NCBI GenBank assembly: GCA_000165425.1
Contig: CT868656.1
Coordinates: forward strand, 248,001-312,000
Length of the DNA: 64,000 nucleotides
Direction of reading: 5' to 3'
DNA from: Paramecium tetraurelia
Taxonomy: Eukaryota
In this document: in pieces, positions 53,770 through 64,000 of the stretch
How positions within the stretch are numbered: position 1 is the stretch's first letter
How the letters are laid out: each line of letters opens with the position of its first letter
Position numbers and translations under genes: made by a program
Notes under the pieces: model-generated
Told to the model about the DNA's origin: nothing
The model's input: the letters and a program-made list of their open reading frames with translations, nothing else
Database searches by the model: none

Positions 53770-55011
53770 ATGTTGGGAAATTTGGGTGTATAAATATGCA
53801 GAACAACTAGTAGCCAGTTGCCTGCATAGGATCTCGATTAGACCTACATCATTTAAAGGCATGTCGGATAAGGAAAATACGGGTGATTTAATACTCTATT
53901 AAGTAGATAGGTCTTTAAGGCTCAAAACAAATTGAATAAGTAGATTGTTGCCTTAAAAAAAATCAAGCAAGAGAAGGAGGCCAATGGAGTAAAATCTATT
54001 TAAGTAATTAGTTTCCGAGAACGGCAATGAGAGAAATTCATTTGCTTTCATCGATGAAGCATGAAAATATAGTGAGTTTCAAGGAAGTTATTGTTCAATC
54101 TAGTAAGGAAAAAGCAGTAATTATGTATAGAGAGCACTTTTCTGGTTTTGGAATACATGGACACAGACTTGCATAATCTTTTGTAGAGGCGAATAGTATT
54201 TGGTTTGGATTAAGTTCGATGTTTGATGTATTAGATACTAGATGCTCTTACTTATCTGCATTCTAGGAATGTGTACCATAGGGATTTGAAGCGTATCCAC
54301 AACTATATTTTAAAGCTAATAACATACTATACAACGACAAGGGATAAGTAAAGATCTGCGATTTTGGAATGGCCAATGAATATTCAAAAAGGAGACCATA
54401 AACCAAGCGAATATTGGTTCCCCAATACAGAGCTCCTGAAATCTATTTGGGCGGTGTATTTTGCTTCGTATTTAACAAGAATAGCAGTACGATTGTTCGG
54501 TTGATGTGTGGTCAGCTGGCATCCTCTTTCTTGAGCTAATAGTAAAACAAAGTCCCTTTGTGTTGGCAAAATCGGAATTTCAATGTTTTGCTAAAATAAT
54601 AGATCTTTGTGGAACTCCTACGGAAGGTTTGAATTTTATTTTTTCTTTTATGGTGATTGGTCAGATGCGAATTCACTTCCACATTACCATGAATATATCA
54701 AAGGACCCAAAGAAAGAACATTGCGAAAGGTACTTGCACGCTCAATCAAGTGCCCCGCCTTAATTAATCGATCTTATTGATAGAATGCTCACTCTGAATC
54801 CAGCAAAGAGAATCAAAGCCTAAGAAGCATTGAAACACTAATACTTCGAAAACAGGATCTTTGTCATGTGATTTATTATATCCCTTAAGGCAGGATGCCC
54901 AGAATAGAATAGGATGCACAGCCACCAAAGGACCCTCCCATTCAAAAGAAGGTAAAACAGGAGCAACAAAAACCTTTATTACAGGGTATCAAAATTAATA
55001 AATGTATGTGA
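53770..55011 (+). CDS. Cyclin-dependent kinase-like protein (CMGC)
   Basis: VGQGKYGQVFKA, VALKKIK, GFPRTAMREIHLL, LEYMDTDL, HRDLK, ICDFGMA, YRAPE, DVWSAG; many tiny introns; start tentative. Confidence 0.9.
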
Positions 55012-55172
55012 TTATATATTATATCTATATAAATATTAAGTTAATTAAGAATTTTTTATTAATCAACTTTTTGTTAGGCAAGACACATTTAATTAGTTGG
55101 ATGTACATTTAATTAGTTAAATACGATAACAAAACACTTTATATTATATAATAAAATATATATATAAAATAA

Positions 55173-56729
55173 TCAATTGTCTTCTTCATCCTTATAATCA
55201 GGAAAGTCTTCCTCATCTGCATTGGGAAATTCCTCAATGTTGTCTATTAATTTTGGGACTTCAAAACAAAAAACATCCTTAATTAAAATAAATACGTTTT
55301 CATCAAAATCTTTTATTGGTTGAATAAATTCTATTTTGATTCCGTCCTCATGATACTCAGCTTCTAAACTTGTATGTGGTTGACTTGATTCTCTCTCATT
55401 TTGATGAGACAAAGTCTTAAACAATTTGGGATCTATCACAACATACTCAGTTGAATAGTTATTCATAAAGCCCTTATAGAGATCCTCTTTGAACCCATCA
55501 GTATTGAATGCACTTTATGGATATTTCTTTATGTATTTGTGTTAGTAATCTTTTAATTTAGATTCAAAACTGATGACCTTCTAAACAGTATTTTGAATAG
55601 TACTCAATTTGTGACCGACTCCTGCAAATATTAAATTGGGTTTTACCTCTAGTTTGATCTTCATGGCCATCCTATTTATAAATGCTAACTCCCATTTTCT
55701 CCACTTGATCTAGGATGATCAATTCATCATCCATAAGATCCTTAGAAATTTGAATGTCCTAAGACAATCCAATTGAACTCTAAGATTTCTCAGCTATTCT
55801 AACATACTCCTCAATAGCCCCTATTATTCTTGTATCAATTCTAGCTATCTCACTTGTATTGATATCAGAATATCCTTTGATGTAGAGTCTGGTATTTATG
55901 AAATTTACGAGGACTTCATTGTTTTTCAGAAAATGATTGTATAATTCTTTGAATTGTTTGACCTCATTAAGTGGCATTTTGAGCAACCTCTCAATCAGAA
56001 TGACAATCAAAATGTATGAGTTATAATACAAATTTAGCATTGTAAACAATAGCAATTAATAGACATACTGATTCAATCGGTATTTTAATAACCCATTTCT
56101 ATCGTGTATAGATATCTTATATTTAGATATGATTCTTACATCAACTATTTAATCAAATAATTGTTATCCTTTATTGAATTCCTCGAAAATATTTTCAGCA
56201 GATTATTACTTAAAATAGTTCTTCTTCTCTTCCTTAGGAGTGTTGAAACTTGATTTCTTGATTGAGTACAGAGTAGCCTTCTTCTTCAAATAGAGGTAAT
56301 ACTTTCTAATGAATGAATCCATGGACAGACTTTCTATTAGGTTTATAAAAGAATTACTATATTTGGGATCTCGTTCAACATAGTTTTCTACATAATTGAT
56401 ATTCATATCTGCTATGTCTGAGACAAAGAACCTATACTCAATGCATCTGTCTAGGATAATTAAGTTTTTAATGATGTAATTCCAATAGATTTTAGATTGC
56501 GATGATTCCAATTTGGCTAGGATTGTGGTGAATCCAACTTGAGGACGTGTTTCAGGATCCTTGCCAGAAAGTGTAAGCATTATGGCTAATAATATTTAAA
56601 TGGAATACCCTCGATGTCACTTTCATTCGGATAATAATAATCCCCTTTGTAGGTAGCAGATAATCTAGCTTTTTCAAATGTCGAAGTACCTCCAAACTGT
56701 ACTATATTACGAACTAAATTAGTAATCAT
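55173..56729 (-). CDS. Hypothetical protein (~500 aa) with acidic C-terminus, possibly mitochondrial
   Basis: MITNLVRNIVQFGGTSTFEKARLSATY...; track ORFs join via short introns (23-nt intron near 56586-56608); ends DYKDEEDN-TGA. Confidence 0.75.
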
Positions 56730-56736
56730 TTTATAA

Positions 56737-59547
56737 ATGAAATAATTTAGAATATATTTCTTAATAATCATTGCTCTAATCAATCCTTCCTTCTCCATCT
56801 ACTAGACCCTATTACTTTCCATAAACATTTGCTTAATGCTGGTCAATCAATACTTAAGTTATCACAAATATTTTAACATTCAAAAATTGGACAATGTGAT
56901 GATTTACTTAAAATGGATAGCCATGTACGCTTAACTATCTCAGAGTTGTTCACAACAGCAGATATGTGCTCAACTTATACTGCTCACTGAACTTGATTTG
57001 TTTATCAAGACAATAATTGTGATTGGATCTTCAATTAATTCGGTCTTACAACCAAATATTTTTGAGTTTTACTTGACTATTCCCTACATGATATTGATCT
57101 TAGGTGTGATGCTATATGATTATTGGAATAATAATTAAGAAAAACAAAATAGTAACATTCAACTCTAATAAACTAAGTTTATCAATCTTAAATAGTAGTC
57201 AAATTAATTTGATAGATAGTCTTCTTAATTATAGATCCAAGAAAATGCACTCAAGTCTCCTGATTTAGAATGTTAAGATCAATAAAATAGTCCAATGGTT
57301 CTAGACATGCAATGCAATGAAGAAGAAGATGTCCTAGCACACATGTATCAATATCTATAACCCAACATTTAGGGCATGGATTCACAATTAATCTATTTTA
57401 GTCTATAATCAAAATTTCGAGATTACCTACTAAAACTTTTACTTGGGAAAACTTAATAATCTCCAAAGTAAAGGGGTGAATCACGATTACGAGCAAGTCT
57501 TTCTAGAATCTGTGATAGAAATCGGAAGTAGGGAAGTAAATGATTTATTTGGGAATTCAGAATTAGACTTAGACTAAGAAGAGTATTTCATTCTAATATC
57601 ACATTCATTAGTTCCTTGATTTTAGACAGCACTGTACATAGTCGATATAAGATAAAGGGTGGATTACACAAAATAAGACAGATGATAGCTGCTTTATTTA
57701 GCAATTACTAAAAGTATGACTACATCATTTAATTTTAAGATGGAAATTCTTTACTTTTACTCTCTTCAAAATAAAAAGCAACGAACTTGATTTCAGGAAT
57801 ATTCAGATTAAGGTGTTGGTTACTGAAGTGAAATCAAAGCTATATACACTCTTCATGTTTGAGGCAATGCAAAAGGTGTCTTCAAAAAGAGTGTTAGATG
57901 AACCACTTCAATTTTAAAATGTTTTCTAAACCTTTCTTTCTGAATCCAACAATTACATCAATGTTATACATTTGTTGCTTCTTCTTTGTTCACATGAACA
58001 TGAAAAGAATGCAGGTAAAATTTCAAAAGAATACTTAAAACAAATGAGAATGAGCACTTAAAAATTTATGATTTTTCTTGGAACCATGAAAGATCTAACT
58101 CTTTAACTTACAAACCAATTGATTTTCAGAAATTCAACATTCAAACTTGCTGATATCCTGGATGAACTCTAACTCATTTACGAAGATTGCTTAAAAATTA
58201 AGGAAATTTCAATCGTTCCAATTATCGATACCGATATGATTGTGTTCAATGATTCAGATCGTGTATAACTATTTATATTATTTAGACAAAATAAATTCTG
58301 AAATGCCTTTTCGAAATAGCTATTAAATACACTGTCACTTCCAAAATTAGAATAGATATTCATCAAGTATCACCAAACAATTATCAATTTTAAATAAAAG
58401 ACATCCCCTTTAAGGAAGAAAGTCAAAAGTCATAATATCAAGCAGTTCTAAGAAACACAGCCTCGTTAATGAAAACCAACTGCAAGGATTTCGACATGAG
58501 TAATCTATTGGAATTGCAAGTTTCTGCGATTCTAGCCTTTTTACTTTCTGGATCTCTTCGTAAACCTTTAGAATTGAGCTTGGATAGTCACTTCTAAGGC
58601 ACTTTCACATTTACTGTTGAATCCCTTCCAATCAACACTAAACATGGTTATCTTGCTTAACAAATCAAACCTAAACGTGCATTTGAAACATCACTCTCCA
58701 TGCTATTGGCCTAAGCTTAAGACAGTTCTCATTACAAGAATGAGGAATCTAAATACATGTCTTTCACTTAGATTTCAAAGCAGTACTCACTAAAACCAGA
58801 TGTCCCATTTGATTTATAAAGTGCTCATTTCTCACAAATATCCAAAATCAAATAGGAGTCTCCTCAAATCAAACCCCTTTAGGCTCATAAGCCTCAAAGC
58901 AAATTCAGGTGGAACTTACAAAATATAGGATTCCCTGTTTCCAAAAAGTTTGAACACCAACAACCCATCAAAAGTAATCAAGAGTGATTCTGCAGTCAAT
59001 GAATCTTCCAAACCTATGACTAGTGCTTTGGATTTTGGAGAAAGCACCAATCCAAATATCGACCCTCCAGAGTTGAGTCCTAAGTTTCTACATTCTGTGA
59101 TCAAGTTCAAATTAACTAATCAATGCTGTTCAAAGGTCATAATTGCAGACAACGATTATTTGAATGTTTCCGTTCTTTAAATCCTACTCAATAAATATGA
59201 AGTCAAGTCTGATAAAGCATTTACACAATAGTAAACTCTTTAGCTGATTAAAAGCAAGTCTCTTAATCCCTGCAGATGCAAAAACAGCTCCTATTTATTG
59301 TATTTTATTGATGCCTCCTTGCCAGTATGTATTTATGCCTATATAGCAATCAGCTGTGGATTTGATAAAGGAAATAAAACGACTGTTTAAATCTTTGCAA
59401 GTGGACAAAGGCTTCATCATTGCCATGGCTAGTTATAGTGATATGGATTTGAAGTTGAGTTGTTTCAACTCTGGAATCGATTATTTCATCACTAAACCTT
59501 TCGATCTGTTTGAGTTAACTGCTATTCTTTAGTATATATAATTTTGA
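56737..59547 (+). CDS. Degenerate hybrid histidine kinase-like protein with C-terminal receiver domain
   Basis: Hydrophobic N-terminus; HATPase-like DSDR..QILKCLFEIAIKYT and GTFTFTV; receiver VIIADND...YFIDASLP...GIDYFITKPF; 5' exon structure unresolved. Confidence 0.75.
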
Positions 59548-59616
59548 AACAAATATACCAGCAATTTGGTTTCTATTAATTTTATAATTATTACACACTT
59601 CTCTTTAAAAACACAA

Positions 59617-60622
59617 ATGTACAAAGACCTTGACATCAACGAATTAGAGAAGCTAAAGAAGGAGGAAGCCATGGTATCTCTCAGAAAAGCCACAACCAAC
59701 ATAAAGGTGAGTTATTGTTATTCATCCAATAGGAAAGGTTTGGATAATCTAATTATGATATTCTGGACGAGGAGTTTAAATCGAAAACTATTGGATTAGT
59801 TACAAGGGAAGAATTTAAAAGGAAGAGAGAGAATATTGATAGGATCTACGTTTAAGATCTTAAAATTAAATAAGAAGAGGAGGAGAAGAAGAAGCTGGAG
59901 TTAAAGTAAAAGAGGAAATAAGAATATAAATTGAAAACTACGCTGTTGAGCTTTGATTAAGAATAGCAGGAGATGAATGAGAAGAGAAACTACGGAAAGG
60001 ATATAAGTGTAGATACATTATATCTACCAGATATGAATAGAGAAAAGAAAATCGAAGAGCTCACTAAAATATTCACTGGTATGTCTACTTTGATCTTATT
60101 AGGTATTAGATGAATACTAGAAAAATATGGAATTATAAAAGGATTAACTTATTGACATTATATTTTAGTATTGGGATGCTTAAACTTGTACTCGAACTTT
60201 AAGAATCAGAAAAAAGACATCAATCAAGGAATTTTTGGAATTGGCAAGAAAAGAGATTATAAGAGATTTCGGATTTGTATGAATCAAACACTTAGTTTAT
60301 TTAGTTGACTGAGTTTAGTCCTGATGATTTACTTTTTGTAGCCAACGCAATGATTTTGCCTCACAAACTTAGTTTTCATGAGATTATCGCTTATAAAGTT
60401 AAGAATCGATCAGGAAAACCAATATTCTCCTTTGAATAGAGAAAGGTAATCAAACTATCATTTATTTGATATGTGTAGGTTCAGGCTAAAGGAAAAGAAT
60501 ATGAAGTGGAAGTCGAAAATTCAACTACTTGTAGGATTATTGAAAAATTCAGATATGAAAAAATCAAACATATCTATCCTTGTTCTAAATGGGAAGTTGT
60601 TGATATTAATAAGTACTAATGA
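59617..60622 (+). CDS. XAP5: XAP5/FAM50 family nuclear/spliceosomal protein
   Basis: KSKTIGLVTREEF, GKDISVDTLYLPD..RE, IFQYWD, DDLLFV...ILPH, YEKIKHIYPCSKWE. Confidence 0.9.
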
Positions 60623-60668
60623 AAACTATGATGAGTGATTATTAAATTTAACGAATAAATTTTTACTA

Positions 60669-61011
60669 ATGTCTTCTGAGCAATAACAATAACAAACGAA
60701 ATTGCATAAATTGCAAAATTATTATCATCAATTCCAAAAGGCTGAAATCACTGGAACTTAATTGAAATCTCAATTATAAACTAATTTAAAAATCAGATGG
60801 AATCCAAATTTAGAAAATATCATTCATCAAGTAGATCCGTCATATACAGATTTTGTTAGATCAATCAATAAAACCAATAAGTACGTACCCAAATAAACAA
60901 CACCTAAATTGACTGAATAAATCAATTAACCCAAGAAAATAAGAACAGAACATATGTATTTTATAAATAAATTAAAATAGAGGACATGCAGATTTACTTA
61001 AATGGGATTGA
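60669..61011 (+). CDS. Small hypothetical protein
   Basis: MSSEQQQQQTKLHKLQNYYHQF...; one short intron; ends GHADLLKWD-TGA. Confidence 0.6.
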
Positions 61012-61164
61012 ATGATGAGTAACTTAAATATATTTAAATACTTACTTATATCAATATTCCTATTTGTTCTTATTGAAAATTATTAAAAAGTACGTTTGCA
61101 ATAAAACAGATTGGTTATCTAAAGTGGTTTATTGTTTTTTTTTATTTTCAACTTATAAAAATAA

Positions 61165-61980
61165 ATGAAAAATCATTACACTCCAAAAAGTTCAGAAAGA
61201 TATGGTAAACCCACTTAGCCAATTCGACATTCACTTCCAGTTGGACTATTCTCAAGTCAGAATTCTCTGTTTGCTTCCATCCTCAATGTAAAAAACAGAG
61301 AGAAAAATAGTATAAGTCAAAAACAGAAGAATTCTTAAACTCGTTTTGAAATAGCTACATAAAGAGCTGAAACACCCAACAATCAAAATCCATCCATACC
61401 ATTTACGACGAAATATCATCTGAGTAGTCAACCACAAAAACAAAAAAAGAAATCTAATTTAATAAATAAGGAATCGTTTTAATCAAAAATATCAAATCTT
61501 CTCTGCTAAAATAAAAGTGCTGATTTCGATAATCTGAGTTCTTAAATTAAAGAAGGAGATGATTAAGAAATGAATAAAGTTTTCAATAATCTAAAATGTG
61601 TGAGTCAATAAATCAATTGTATAAAGCCTAATCAATTATCTCAATAAATTTTATCTTCATGGCAAAAAGTGTTGACTTCCAATTGTGAAAAATTGATAGA
61701 ATTTAATCAATAGAAAAAGAAATTCGAATTGGGATGCCCACCATTAATTAAAAGTGATAGTTCCTCATCCCAATTTTACAATGCATCAGGTCTCAATCTT
61801 GAAAAGTTGTTGGCAGAAGAACGAAGAAACCGTCTTATGGTTGAGGAACAGACTAGTAAAATAATATCAAGTCAGGAATCTGAAATTAAGTCATATGTAA
61901 ATATTCTTCCTATTCTTAAGATCGAGAAAATCAAATAATTAGAATAGAGGTTAATCGAAAAGAATTCTTGGCAAAAATGA
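61165..61980 (+). CDS. Hypothetical protein with C-terminal coiled coil (tandem paralog A)
   Basis: MKNHYTPKSSERYGK...LEKLLAEERRNRLMVEEQ; 24-nt intron near 61897-61920; TGA at 61978-61980. Confidence 0.65.
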
Positions 61981-62061
61981 TTATAAGAAAAAGGATGTGT
62001 ATAATAATATTATTCCTCAATTTAATTTAATTTGAAACATTAATATCTATAGCTAACATTT

Positions 62062-62790
62062 ATGTCGAAAATTTAAAAACAAAATACTGTACAACTTAAT
62101 TTATAGAATGTTTAACAGTTTATTCCTACCCATTAAAATTAAGTTGGACCTTAGATCGGGAGCAATTCGCCTAAACCTCCATTATACTCAAAATTAAACA
62201 AATCACCAAAAGGAGATAGTTCATTTAGAGTAATTTCACCGAAAATAATAATTAACCAAACTAATTCATAAAGATCAATAAGCAAGAGCAGTAGTCCGAT
62301 AGAAAAGCAAATGTCTGAACCAGATAATCTTCATTACTTAGAAAATCAAAATGACGCAGTAATTGAGGATAATTAAATAAATGCTCCAGATGTCTAATAA
62401 ATACATTAGATAAAGTAAAAACTAATGAATATGGGCGATGAAATATCAAGATTTCATCTAGTTGACATTAATTTAAAGGTTCTCAAAAAATGGCATAATG
62501 AATTATTATAAGAAACTAAAGCGATGATAAAGTTAAATAAAAATGTCATCAATTTATCACAAACCAAAATAATATCCCCAAGGCCAAATTAAGTGAAAAA
62601 GGTTTCAAGCAATGAATTATTAGAGAAATTATAAACTGAATAAAAAAAACGATTAGATGCAGAAGAATAAAGTGGTAGAATACTCTAAGATTAAGAGAAG
62701 TACATTTAAGTTCTGGTAAACTTTTGTAAATTATGTTAGAATGAAAAACTGTTTCAACTTGAATAATAGTATTCAAAAAAGAAAGCCTGA
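62062..62790 (+). CDS. Hypothetical protein with C-terminal coiled coil (tandem paralog B)
   Basis: MSKIQKQNTVQL...LLEKLQTEQKKRLDAEEQ; 24-nt intron near 62716-62739; TGA at 62788-62790. Confidence 0.65.
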
Positions 62791-62855
62791 GGTATGTGAA
62801 ACACTAAATTTTGTCTATATAATGATAAATTTTATTTTATAAAATAAGTCTCAAA

Positions 62856-63413
62856 ATGAATAAACTAGAATAGAAAGCTGTTCATTCTTTGCTTCAACTA
62901 GCAAAAGAAGAAGAAACAAGAAGTGAAAGAAATTGGGAACCTCAATCCCCAAAGCAAAATGATTTTATCTCCCCTTAACCGAAGAGTATTAATTAGCATA
63001 GAAAAAATATAAGAATAATTCAAAATCATAAAGCAAGACAAAAGTCTTCTATAGAGATCAATCAAGATGATGATTAATAGCTTTCACAACCTTCGCAAAA
63101 AGAAAATTCACTGTAATAATTAATTGAAGAGTATATGAAATAAATTCGACATACCCAAAGATAACTTGAATCGATACACCAATCAAAATTCGATTTGAAA
63201 TCTGGCTGGGTTAATTTTAGTTCAATAATTCTCGAAAACAAGGCAAAGGTTACCAAAAAAAAACACTAAAGGTCTTCATTAGAATTATAAATAAAAGAAA
63301 ATAATCAACAAAAAGTATAACAACAATACATACAAAAAAAGACTCCGCTTCGAAAAGTATTACTTAATGATTCTTTCTTTTTGCCAAAATTGAAGTCAAC
63401 ATATCTAAAATGA
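62856..63413 (+). CDS. Hypothetical protein (185 aa)
   Basis: Uninterrupted frame MNKLEQKAVHSLLQLAKEEE...FFLPKLKSTYLK-TGA. Confidence 0.65.
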
Positions 63414-63436
63414 TTCATTTTATATTTCAAGTTTAC

Positions 63437-63740
63437 TCAAATCCCTTTCTTTTCTTCTTCCCATTATTTATTATCTAAAGGACATGTATTTTTTGTTTTA
63501 AGCCATTATCTTATGCAATGTTCATGATAAGCATGTCCACATTTTCCTTATTGAGTATTGCAAATCTCCTTTTACTCCTTTCCTTCACATTCAATACATT
63601 TTTCCATTATATGATTTTTACAAATAGCACAATGTTCAACCTTCAAGCTCCAAGCTAATACTCAAAATGTTTTATATACACCAAAAAGCAACAGGGTACC
63701 ACTTTTTAATCTCAAATCTTCCCTTCTCCTCTTATTACAT
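63437..63740 (-). CDS. RBX1: RING-box protein (RBX1/ROC1-like RING-H2, cullin-RING ligase subunit)
   Basis: RFEIKKWYPVAF.WS...HCAICKNHIMEKCIEC...[29 protein letters not shown]; one short intron. Confidence 0.88.
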
Positions 63741-63844
63741 TATTTATTAATAAAATATTTAAAATATAGTCTCTAAAATAACACTTCCTCCTGATAAACA
63801 TATTCTTTAATAAGTTATTGTTTTTAATTTATACACTCATTTCT

Positions 63845-64000
63845 TCATAATGATTTTAATATATGCTCTATCGTATCAAATGCCTAATTAAGTTCTGCTT
63901 CATTTATTATTAAGGGTGGAGTTAATCTAATAGATGATAGAACATAAGTACCTCATGATAGTCTTATGAGTAGGTTTACAAAGAAGTCCTTCTTTTGCCA
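63845..64000 (-). CDS. OAT: 3' end of ornithine aminotransferase (class III aminotransferase), truncated by the window edge
   Basis: AKEGLLCKPTHKTIMR[intron]LTPPLIINEAELNQAFDTIEHIL matches the OAT C-terminal GLLAKPTH..IIRFAPPLVI pattern. Confidence 0.8.

Noticed and set aside
55083..55118. Short direct repeat acatttaattagtt x2 between convergent genes
   Set aside because: A 14-nt AT-rich duplication in a 3' intergenic gap; too short and low in complexity to assign a function.

Overview
AT-rich, gene-dense eukaryotic DNA that reads as ciliate macronuclear sequence, most likely Paramecium. Conserved proteins only read through if TAA/TAG encode Gln and TGA is the sole stop, and genes are interrupted by 20-30 nt GT..AG introns. 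The supplied standard-code ORF track therefore shows only fragments, often on the wrong strand. Manual translation supports about 38 protein-coding genes. Recognisable ones: a hybrid histidine kinase, CDPK, RING-CH/FHA protein, NAR1-like Fe-S assembly factor, ABHD17-like hydrolase, PP2C, cytochrome b5 protein, VAMP7-like longin SNARE, NT-C2 coiled-coil protein, DUF167 protein, the p2 subunit of the MTA1 6mA DNA methyltransferase complex, a U1A/U2B''-like protein, PKG, an EF-hand protein, a 2172-aa Cys-rich GPI-type surface protein, a CDK, XAP5/FAM50, an RBX1-like protein and the 3' end of ornithine aminotransferase. Most interesting: (1) three apparently intronless AIG1/GIMAP-like GTPases with long coiled coils, two ending in the same CaaX box (CQLI), a candidate immune-GTPase locus; (2) a compact MYCBP2-type RING-Cys-relay ligase retaining both catalytic Cys; (3) apparent pseudoenzymes (Kelch phosphatase, histidine kinase, small-GTPase-like protein); (4) extreme gene packing, with divergent ATGs 7 nt apart and overlapping stop codons. 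All calls come from manual reading and recalled motifs, with no database searches. Boundaries of the hypothetical genes are approximate.
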